DNA from: Octopus sinensis
Taxonomy: Eukaryota
NCBI RefSeq assembly: GCF_006345805.1
Contig: NW_021827979.1
Location: 1 to 9,313 of the forward strand
Reading direction: 5' to 3'
Length of the DNA stretch: 9,313 nt
Both the position numbers and the translations under genes were made by a program. Shown here piece after piece: positions 1 through 7,593 of the stretch. Position 1 is the stretch's first letter; every line of letters begins with the position of its first letter. The notes beneath the pieces were generated by a model, which saw only the letters and a list, made by a program, of their open reading frames with translations, did not search any database and was not told the DNA's origin.

Positions 1-324
1 CGCTTGCACGAGACGAAAACTTCCTCCCAAAAGATTTGTGGGTGAGATTTTTTTAGATAATAATTTTTACGTTAAGAAAATCATTCTTCAGATATTGTGA
101 CTGTATGAAGAATTCTTCGTAAAATATTTATATATTCATACATATACAAGTGTTACCAGTTGAAAGCTCCGCATACCGGATGCTAGCAAGCTTATGGGGT
201 CATCAAGAGATAATGCGTGCCGTTATGGGGATGGGGGGCTTCTTCTCAATTGCATTATTGCACACTGGACTCCCTCACTGAAACGAAAACTCTCGTGCTA
301 GGTCAACTGGTTTCTAAGCTTCAC

Positions 325-579
325 TTAATATTCTTCTAACCATTGTCCATTGTCTCTTTTTAACCAAATCCAGTCGCTCGCCTTCTCCATTGCAACCTGG
401 GCATCACTCATGGTAGTATTTGCTTTACGATGAGTTAGGCCGAGCGACAACAACAATCTCCTCACACAGCGTCCAATGAATCCTGTACATCCAACTTCGA
501 TTGGATAATGCTCTGCTTTCCAGCCTGCGTTTTCACAATCCTCGAAGAGGTGTTTACAAAACTCGATCTTCCAAGTCAT
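325..579 (-). mobile_element. 5'-truncated C-terminal fragment of an RLE-bearing (R2 superfamily, HERO-like) non-LTR retrotransposon ORF; 3' UTR probably continues leftward to roughly 140-150
   Basis: Translation KHLFEDCENAGWKAEHYPIEVGCTGFIG...LGL...A...A.EKASDWIWLKR..W* matches the C-terminal pattern I recognise from HERO-type ORFs (L..EC...GW.....P.EVG.RGF.G ... AAE.AS.W.W..R). The ATG at 577-579 is formed at the junction with the GATA array and is not a real start. No RT or PD-(D/E)xK core is present. Confidence 0.75.
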
Positions 580-591
580 AGATAGATAGCT

Positions 592-676
<85 letters not shown>
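578..676. repeat. (GATA)n microsatellite, about 24 units, one interruption at 590-591
   Basis: Direct reading of the sequence. Confidence 0.98.
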
Positions 677-677
<1 letters not shown>

Positions 678-1467
678 TGATTCTTTATTAGCCACACAGG
701 GCTGCACACAGACTGGACAGATTACAAAGTAGAGCTTTTCTTTTGGGGGAAAAAAAGGTGGGGTAGGTTTTCGATCAAAAGGGATCGTAAAAGGGAAAGA
801 AGAAAAAAAAGAAAAAAAGGAAAAGAAACAAAAGAAAATTAAAATGAAAAAAGAAGAAAAAATTATCAATAGGGATCGTGTGTCACAGTGTCATGGTGTA
901 AGGTGTAAAGGGGGAAGCAGATAAGGTTTATCCGTGGGAAGAAAAGCCTACGGAAAAGACCATGTTAACCTCGGTCAATATTGTTACATGTTACCACATT
1001 TGTTTGCAAGTGGGTAACCCTCTGCTTTAAATTTCCGGGTTCATAGGATTATGCTCAAGGTGGCTTCGTCATTCATACGTCCCATCCTTGCTACATTCAC
1101 CCATCTTTTTTTTAAACATTCGCTAGACAAAACTTGCCTCTCTACTCTCACTTTCCTTTTCAAGTGGTACTTGAAGAAGTTGATGAAAGATTGACCTGAG
1201 AGGAAAGTGTTTGTCTCCAATCCTTTCAGACGCGTCCACCAGATACATTCTTTCGCCATAGCCACAAGGATGATGAAAATAGCTCTTCCTTCTCGTTTGA
1301 AGGAAGGAGGCGTGACAATATTGACAATAGACTCGGCTGATAAACCGACTCGTCCCACACGTGACAGCAGTCGTTCGACATAAGCCCACAGGTCGGAAAT
1401 TGTTGGACACTGCACGAATGCGTGCGAACGGTTTCGTCACTCTGACCGCATCTCGGGCAGGTCGGCC
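677..1467 (-). mobile_element. 5'-truncated Tx1/L1-clade LINE: ORF2 C-terminus plus ~365-nt 3' UTR, ending at the GATA/TATC array
   Basis: Minus strand encodes a CCHC zinc knuckle followed by ~120 aa of ORF2-like tail to the stop at 1041-1043. The 3' UTR is pyrimidine-rich on the element strand. AATAAA (plus 684-689) lies 7 nt from the end and there is no poly(A). AGATAGATAGAT flanks both ends (665-676 and 1468-1479). Confidence 0.8.
1041..1467 (-). pseudogene. Frameshifted ORF2 C-terminal region with CX2CX8HX4C zinc knuckle (zf-RVT-like)
   Basis: ORF 1226..1567 gives WPTCPRCGQSDETV. Restoring one base at ~1425-1426 joins it to HAFVQCPTISDLWAYVERLLSR... of ORF 1041..1415, giving CPRCGQSDETVxHAFVQC (1459-1407). 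Confidence 0.8.
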
Positions 1468-1491
1468 AGATAGATAGATCATATATTATAT

Positions 1492-1687
1492 TGTTTTCAA
1501 AATTTTGACGGATGGCCAGTAATTTCAACAGAGGGGTTAAGTCGGTTACATTGACCCCAGTGTTCATTTGATACTAATTTTATCGACCCCGAAAGGATAA
1601 AAGACAAAGTCGACCTCGGCAGAATTTGAACACAAAACGTGTAGACGAATGTCCGGCGTGCTAACGATTCTGCCAGCTCACCGCCTT
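1492..1687 (-). mobile_element. tRNA-derived SINE, family 1, copy a (internal deletion between A and B box)
   Basis: Minus strand: A-box-like TGGCAGAATCGTTAGC, B-box-like GTTCAAATTC, then GAGGTCGACTTTGTCTTTTATCCTTTCGGGGTCGATAAAATTAG. Aligns with 2688-2880, lacking ~20 nt that the second copy retains (AATGCTTAGCGGTATT). Confidence 0.85.
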
Positions 1688-1696
1688 CAGTCATAT

Positions 1697-2080
1697 GGGG
1701 AAGCACTCCGTCGGTTACGACGACGAGGGTTCCGGTTGATCCGAATCAACGGAACAGCCTGCTCGTGAAATTAACGTGTAAGTGGCTGAGCACTCCACAG
1801 ACACGTGTACCCTTAACGTAGTTCTCGGGGATATTCAGCGTGACACAGAGAGTGACAAGGCCGGCCCTTTGAAATACAGGTATAACAGAAACAGGAAGTA
1901 AGAGTGAGAGAAAGTTGTGGTGAAAGAGTACAGCAGGGATCACCACCACCCCTGCCGGAGCCTCGTGGAGCTTATAGGTGTTTTCGCTCAATAAATACTC
2001 ACAACGCCCGGTCTGGGAATCGAAACCGCGATCCTATGACCGCGAGTCCGCTGCCATAACCACTGGGCCATTGTGCCTCC
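1697..2080 (-). mobile_element. Full-length tRNA(Arg)-like SINE, family 2, with 12-bp target-site duplication
   Basis: A box TGGCCCAGTGG (plus 2060-2070) and B-box variant GTTTCGATTCC (plus 2016-2026). TSD CTTCAGTCATAT at 1685-1696 and 2081-2092. Head and body are ~90% identical by eye to 7594-7748. Confidence 0.92.
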
Positions 2081-2473
2081 CTTCAGTCATATATTGTGTT
2101 ACTCACAGACAAGAAAAACGGACAAATTTAAATATTGAAAATTTTTCTTTTCTTTTTACTTACCTTGCTGAAGTTAATGAAACATGAAGTGCGGGGATCA
2201 AATCCTGGCAGATTATATTTACCATTTAGTAGATTAATATTTAGTGGTTCCAGTCGATACCGGAATTGAAGAATGAGAAAATTCCATGGAATGAAAGATG
2301 GCAGACTTCATATCAATGTTCCTTGTTTTACTTTTCTGTATTTATTTATTATTTATTGTATAATATTTTATTGCTTCATGAATGTTGCTTTTTATCCACA
2401 AATCAGCCTTGATCAGAGGGATTCCAACTGTGGCCATTCCATCTTGTTTTCTTTTGTTTTCTTTTTTGTTCAG

Positions 2474-2553
2474 ATATAATGTAACTGCGACTATATCCGT
2501 TATCCAATGCGTTCTTGCCTGGTTTTGTTCATTTCTTTTCAAAACATTAATCG
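2474..2553 (+). CDS. Candidate 80-nt internal coding exon (YNVTATISVIQCVLAWFCSFLFKTLI, transmembrane-like)
   Basis: ~30-nt polypyrimidine tract then CAG (AG 2472-2473); donor G|GTAATT at 2554. Only one of three frames is open. No homology recognised. Confidence 0.25.
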
Positions 2554-2687
2554 GTAATTTGGAACAGAATTAGCTTCTATTTCTAACATCCCGATTAACC
2601 ACGTAGGCGCTCCCCTCTTGGTTTTAGCTTCTTTCTAGATTTTCTTTTTTTTTTTTTAGCTTGCATTTTTCAACGCAATTTTTTCTT

Positions 2688-2880
2688 TCCAATTTTGGCA
2701 CAAGGGAGGGAGAAGTCGACTATTTCGACCCCAGTGCTTAACTGGTACTTTACTTTATCGACCCCGAAAAGATGAAAGGCAAAGTTGACCTCAGTGGTAT
2801 TTGAATTCAGAACGTGAAGAACCTAAAAAATACCGCTAAGCATTTTGTTCGACGCACTGATGATTATGCCAGTTCCCAGT
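2688..2880 (-). mobile_element. tRNA-derived SINE, family 1, copy b (more diverged head)
   Basis: Plus strand CGACCCCAGTG...TTTATCGACCCCGAAAAGATGAAAGGCAAAGTTGACCTC...TTTGAATTCAGAACGTG aligns with 1540-1640; B-box-like GTTCTGAATTCAAATACC on the minus strand. Confidence 0.85.
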
Positions 2881-3165
2881 CTATTTTTAAGCAAATTTTA
2901 CTATATTTCAACATTAAAGGTGAAACGATGAAATTTATATTCTATGAAAATCGCAAATTCCTTTTCTGATACAAGCGTTTTTCCAGCAAATCTCTGGAGC
3001 CAGGCATTTCATTCCATTTACTCTTTTCTCTAATCATTACAATGGCATCAAATATTCTGGGTATTTCTGTCGCTGATTCTCCACAAAGATGGGAACATGT
3101 GGAATTTGTGACTTTCGTGCTGTTGCGGCTCACAACTAATTCAGCCCTAATTGAGCCGAATAGGG

Positions 3166-3205
3166 GCTAAAGACATCCAAACCGTGACCATCGTATTTAT
3201 TTTCC
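3166..3205 (+). repeat. Short fragment of a dispersed repeat (copy 1)
   Basis: CATCCAAACCGTGACCATC (3174-3192) matches CATCCTAACCGTGACCATC (5221-5239) at 18/19, with similar flanks. Confidence 0.55.
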
Positions 3206-3644
3206 TTTCTGGCAAAATGTGTCTGAGATTCTACGCGATGTATCACAAAACGCTGTCGATTGTAATTTGAGGGTTATTTAGCTATCATGTCCACAGGCTC
3301 TCTTGATGACTTTGTAATATTCTTATGTTTTCACAGACACTCGAAATAAAATGAAAAACGAAACGAAATAACTTCAACTCGGAAAACGAAACCGCGTAAA
3401 ATTCTTCAGTTTGGTGATATCGTGTGTCTCCTGCGGAACGATGTCAACCAGAAATCTTCAGCAAATTGGAAAGAATTTAGTCGAAGTTGAAGAACAAATA
3501 TACATCTTATCCGCTTGGTGCCATTGAATCTGGACAAACGTAGTCTGGAGGATTTTGTAAAATACTTGGTTTAGAAATATGTTATGTTATAAACCCTTAT
3601 ATGTTCGTATAAGTGTGTGCGCGCGTGCACTTGATTTTAATTTT

Positions 3645-3689
3645 ATACATACATACATACGTACATGCATACATACATACATACATACA

Positions 3690-3723
<34 letters not shown>

Positions 3724-4945
3724 CATACATACATACATACATACATACATGCATGCATACATATATGTATGTATGTATGCATGCATGTATGTATGTATGT
3801 GTGTATGTATGTATGTATGCATGTATGTATGCATGTATGTATGTGTGTGTGTATGTGTGTATGTGTGTGTGTGTATGTGTGTATGTATGTATGTATGTGT
3901 GTGTGTATGTATGTGTATGTATGTATGTGTGTGTATGTATGTATGTATGTATGTACGTATGTATGTATGTATGTATGTATGTATGTATGTATGTGTGTAT
4001 GTATGCATGTATGTATGTATGTATGTATGTATGTATCTATGTATGTATGTATGTATGTGTGTCTGCATGTATGTATGTGTGTATGTATGTGTGTGTATGT
4101 ATGTATGTGTGTGTATGTATGTATGCATGTATGTATGTGTGTATGTATGTGTGTATGTATGTGTGTGTGTATGTGTGTGTATGTATGTATGTATGCATGC
4201 ATGCATGTATGTATGTATGCATGCATGTATGTATGTATGTATGTATCTATGTATGTGTGTATGTGTGTATGTATGTATGTATGTATGCATGCATGTATGT
4301 ATGCATGCATGTATGTATGTATGTATGTATGTATCTATGTATGTGTGTATGTATGTATGTATGTATGTATGTATGCATGTATGTATGTATGTGTGTATGT
4401 ATGTATGTATGTATGTATGTATGTGTGGTATGTATGTATGTGGTGTGTATGTATGTATGATGTATGTATATGTATGTGTGTATGTATGTATGGTATGTAT
4501 GTATGTATGTATGTATGTATTGGTGTGGTATGTTATGTATGTTGTGTTTGTGTATGTGTGGTGTGTATTGTGTGTATGTATGTATTGTGTATGTATGTAT
4601 GTATGCATGTATGTATGTATGTGTGTATGTATGTATGTATGTATGTATGTTTATGTATTATATGTATGTATGTATGTGTGTATGTATGTATGTATGTATG
4701 TATGTATGTATGTATGTATGTATGTATGTATGTATGTATGTATGTATATGTATGTATCTATGTATGTGTGTATGTATGTATGTATGTATGCATGTATGTA
4801 TGTATGTATGTATGTATGCATGTATGTATGTATGTATGCATGAATGTATGTATGTATGTATGCATGTATGTATGTATGTATGCATGTATGTATGTATGTA
4901 TGTATAAAGTATGTATGTATGTATGTATGTATGTATGTATGTATA
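3645..4945. repeat. 1.3-kb compound microsatellite: (CATA)n at 3645-3760 flipping to (TATG)n with TG, TGCA and TCTA variant units
   Basis: Direct reading; source of the long YVCM/HTYI ORFs. Confidence 0.98.
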
Positions 4946-5035
4946 TCAGTAAAAGCAAGTATGAGTGTATAAGTATAAATATGTAAATGAAGAAATTTTT
5001 GTCTGTGGACAAGTTTGAGTACTTGAGTCAAAGCG

Positions 5036-5146
5036 TGTGTGTGCGTGTGAGTGTGCATGTGTGTGTGGGTGCGTGGGCATGTGAGTGTGTGTGTGTGCGT
5101 GTGCATGTGAGTGCGTGTGTGAGTGTGTGCGTGTGTGAGTGTATGC
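5036..5146. repeat. Degenerate (GT)n/(GC/GA) dinucleotide tract
   Basis: Direct reading. Confidence 0.9.
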
Positions 5147-5206
5147 AAAGATGTTAAACAGTCAATGAAAAGTGATTTAAGGAACAAACAATCCTAGTCA
5201 AATAAG

Positions 5207-5250
5207 CTTATGATCAAAACCATCCTAACCGTGACCATCACGTCTTTTAT
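5207..5250 (+). repeat. Short fragment of a dispersed repeat (copy 2)
   Basis: See 3166-3205. Confidence 0.55.
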
Positions 5251-5282
5251 TCACGCGCCGTTTTCACTTATTTCTAATTGCA

Positions 5283-5670
5283 TTATCCGACGTGGTCCTT
5301 CAGAGCATCATTCCAGAGAGATTTGACTGGTATTTCAGGGAAAGCAAACGGTTGGTAAGAAGCTCCCTTGCTGGTTCAACAATTATCCTTTGCAAGCAAC
5401 AATGGTGTTGTGGGACAGACTAGCGATTGTTATAAGTCGTGCGATGGGCACCAAGTACGCGAGTTCGATCCTTCTTGTAAGTAGATCAACGTTCTTGTTT
5501 CCTTCATCGATTGAACTCTGCGGTGACCTCAGATAATCCATTGATAATCCTTGGAGATTCGGTGAGTTAAAAGAAAGCACAAGACGTTTTCTTTTGACTA
5601 ACAATAAACTTCACACAGCGCACGTGCTGGTGATCTACTGACTGGTCCGTGGATAATGTCTGACCACGTT
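5283..5670 (+). pseudogene. Possible highly decayed APE-type endonuclease region of a LINE
   Basis: One frame (5283-5561, three stops) reads ...LVRSSL...TD*RLL*VV...RSFL*VDQRSCFLHRLNSAVTSDNPLIILGD. This recalls the APE order GRL.VV / RL..VY / RS.FF..L / IILGD(FN). An SDH motif follows in another frame at 5659-5667, closer than in intact APE domains. Confidence 0.35.
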
Positions 5671-5717
5671 TAAAAGCGAAATCAAGTCTTGGACACGCAT
5701 ACTCCGTCTTTCTCTGC

Positions 5718-5733
5718 ATATATGTATATATAA

Positions 5734-5765
<32 letters not shown>

Positions 5766-5766
5766 A
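5718..5766. repeat. (TA)n/(TATG)n tract
   Basis: Direct reading. Confidence 0.9.
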
Positions 5767-5936
5767 CTTTGAATGAGGCGTCTACACACGCACTCAACAT
5801 TTGAATAGCAAATGCCTGGTACCTAATTAACATAGACGTGACAGCTTGTCCACTTTGTAAGTAGCCCCAAACTGCCGGCTCTTAATTTCAAATTAATAAA
5901 GAAAAAATGAAGCATGTTTTCATTATAAGGCCTTCG

Positions 5937-6124
5937 TAGATAGATAGGTAGATAGATGGATAGATAGATAGATACATACATACATACATTACATACATAC
6001 ATACACAACACACACACACTCACATGTGTATATATATATATAAACATATACATACACAACATATATTCGTATATGCGCACACACATATATATAAATATAT
6101 GTATATGAGTGTGTGTGTGTGTGT

Positions 6125-6167
<43 letters not shown>
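5937..6167. repeat. Compound microsatellite (GATA)-(CATA)-(CA)-(TA)-(TG)
   Basis: Direct reading. Confidence 0.95.
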
Positions 6168-6168
<1 letters not shown>

Positions 6169-6215
6169 TACCTTACTTGGATGAAAAGGGGGTAGACATT
6201 AATGAATGAATGAAT

Positions 6216-6216
6216 A

Positions 6217-6248
<32 letters not shown>

Positions 6249-6251
6249 AAA
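6216..6251. repeat. (GAAA)n microsatellite
   Basis: Direct reading. Confidence 0.95.
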
Positions 6252-6331
6252 TTCTTATTTAATTTTTATGCTGGGTTAATGATAGGAACGAAACAGTACA
6301 AAGGATGGGATTTTGCTTTGAATCACGGTTA

Positions 6332-6332
<1 letters not shown>

Positions 6333-6402
<70 letters not shown>
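6333..6402. repeat. Perfect (AAT)n, about 23 units, grading into degenerate GAT/CAC/GAC trinucleotide tracts to about 6630
   Basis: Direct reading. Confidence 0.97.
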
Positions 6403-6403
<1 letters not shown>

Positions 6404-6644
6404 TAATAATGATAATGATAATAATAACAATAATAATAACAGTAATAATAGGGACGACAACGTCCACTATCACTACCACCATCATCACCTCCACCACCAC
6501 CGCCGTGACGACAACGATGATGAGGTGAGCATGATAAAGGAAGATGAAGAAGAAAAAGTGGAGTATTAAAGGGGGTGGTCGATGATGATGAGTACGGTGA
6601 TGATGATGATGATGAGAACGGTCATGATGATATAAGTCGATGGC

Positions 6645-6820
6645 ATCTCCCTCCTCCAGTAAAGGTCCCGATCAGCTGCACCCTTCTGTCTTCATCTCGC
6701 AGATGGCATGTAGCACAGTACCTACATAATCACGAGCTGACAAAAACACTCCTTTTGGTCCTCCCACTTTTTTTAATCCAGCGGAACATCCAGGATATTG
6801 ACAGCTAGAAGGACTGTGGG
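6645..6820 (-). mobile_element. Possible old RTE-like LINE 3' coding remnant
   Basis: Minus-strand frames give KKVGGPK (6753-6773) and then, in another frame, GAADRDLYWRR (6649-6682). These recall the RTE C-terminal order R..GRPK ... A.DR..WR. Frameshifted and with stops. Confidence 0.35.
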
Positions 6821-6825
6821 TAAGG

Positions 6826-6942
6826 GGTCACACCAGTGCTCGGCTGGTACTCGTTTTAACATGACTACACAAGAGCAATGTGAAATGAAGTGCCTAGCTC
6901 ATTAACCTACTCAGTCCCAGTCCAGGAATCGAACTCGAGTTC
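6826..6942 (-). mobile_element. Older diverged tRNA-SINE fragment (B box, CORE-like motif, AGTACCAG module)
   Basis: B box GAGTTCGATTCC on the minus strand (plus 6924-6935). 6873-6901 matches 7109-7137 at 25/29. CCAGTGCTCGGCTGGTAC (6833-6850) resembles CCAGTGCTTAACTGGTAC (2731-2748). Confidence 0.65.
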
Positions 6943-6956
6943 AAAACATCAAACGC

Positions 6957-7079
6957 TTGGTCACATGTTATGGGGACCTGCGCCGTCGCAGCGAAGCGCC
7001 GCATCCACCATGGGTCGGTATTTGCTCGGGTCGTCCCGGGCATCCCTCTGAGTCAGTGTTCCAGTCTGTCCCCAGGTCC
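6957..7079 (-). mobile_element. 3' terminal fragment of an RTE-like LINE (end of ORF to stop)
   Basis: GC-rich island. Minus strand reads RDARDDPSKYRPMVDAALRCDGAGPHNM* (stop at plus 6961-6963), preceded in a shifted frame by DLGTDW. Resembles the RTE C-terminal W...ARDR..WR.MVDAA pattern. AACGC occurs at both flanks (6952-6956 and 7080-7084). Confidence 0.6.
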
Positions 7080-7084
7080 AACGC

Positions 7085-7219
7085 CTTTTTTGCCAGCTGA
7101 GTGCCCTGGAGCGATGTGAAATAAAGTGTCTTGCTCAAGGACACGACGCGCCACGGGTTGAACTCACAACCTTACGATCTTGAGCCGAATGCCCTAACCA
7201 CTAAGCCACGCGCCTTCAC
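7085..7219 (-). mobile_element. tRNA-derived SINE 5' half (family 3) with CORE-like motif
   Basis: A box TGGCTTAGTGG (plus 7198-7208), B box GAGTTCAACCC (7155-7165), then the hairpin-forming GTGTCCTTGAGCAAGACACTT (7124-7144) typical of CORE-like SINE bodies. Confidence 0.85.
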
Positions 7220-7342
7220 TATATGGTTCAGACAACATCAGCGGTGTTGTCGATAGTTGAGAGACCAATATCCAAATTATTTGGGGCGCTTTCCGGCTTG
7301 GCTAAGGCTGACAAGGTTCGAGAGTATTTACAGCGTACACAG

Positions 7343-7580
7343 TATATATATATGTGTATGTGTGTGCGTTTGCGTGTCTGTGTTTGTCCCACTAGCATTG
7401 CTTGACAACCGATGCTGGTGTGTTTACGTCCCCGTCACTTAGCGGTTCGGCAAAAAGAGACCGATAGAATAAGTACTGGGCTTAGAAAGAATAAGTCCCG
7501 GGTTCGAGTTGCTCGATTAAAGGTGGTGCTCCAGCATGGCCGCAGTCAAATGACTGAAACAAGTAAAAGAGTAAAAGAGT
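7343..7580 (+). mobile_element. 3' half of a SINE starting in an internal (TA)(TG) microsatellite and ending in a (GTAAAAGA)2 tail
   Basis: CGATAGAATAAGTACTGG...GGGTTCGAGTTGCTCGATT is homologous to CGATAAAGTAAAGTACCAG...GGGGTCGAAATAGTCGACT of family 1 (minus strand 2716-2762). Ends TGACTGAAACAAGTAAAAGAGTAAAAGAGT. No head present. Confidence 0.8.
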
Positions 7581-7593
7581 AATATATATATTA

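Noticed and set aside
591-869. 92-aa hydrophobic ORF
   Set aside because: It is the pyrimidine-rich LINE 3' UTR plus (TATC)n read through.
1746-1991. 81-aa ORF, and likewise 1497..1706 and 1978..2187
   Set aside because: They lie inside SINEs and have no protein features.
2016-2080. tRNA-like cloverleaf (also 7150-7219 and 7594-7650)
   Set aside because: These continue into SINE bodies and have imperfect acceptor and anticodon stems; they are SINE heads, not tRNA genes.
2158-2310. Perfect minus-strand donor AG|GTAAGT (2158-2165) with a 48-codon open frame ending LPGFDPRTSCFINFSK
   Set aside because: No good acceptor nearby. The GFDPRT part is the antisense of a B-box-like GGGATCAAATCC, probably an old SINE head. 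One perfect donor per window is plausible by chance.
3350-3574. 74-codon plus-strand frame interrupted by a single TGA (3488-3490), suggesting readthrough or selenocysteine
   Set aside because: No start or in-frame splice acceptor, no recognisable homology and no SECIS-like hairpin seen.
3579-5187. Long ORFs of 147-457 aa on both strands (YVCM/HTYI repeats)
   Set aside because: They are translations of a TATG/CATA/TG microsatellite that lacks stop codons.
6276-6808. Poly-Leu/Ile and poly-Asp ORFs (6276..6500, 6575..6808)
   Set aside because: They derive from (AAT)n and (GAT)n trinucleotide tracts.
6960-7090. GC-rich structured segment considered as an HDV-like or hammerhead ribozyme (GGACCTG/CAGGTCC inverted repeat, GCTCGGG-TCGT-CCCGGGC hairpin)
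   Set aside because: No catalytic core or nested double pseudoknot found on either strand; it is better explained as an RTE-like coding end.
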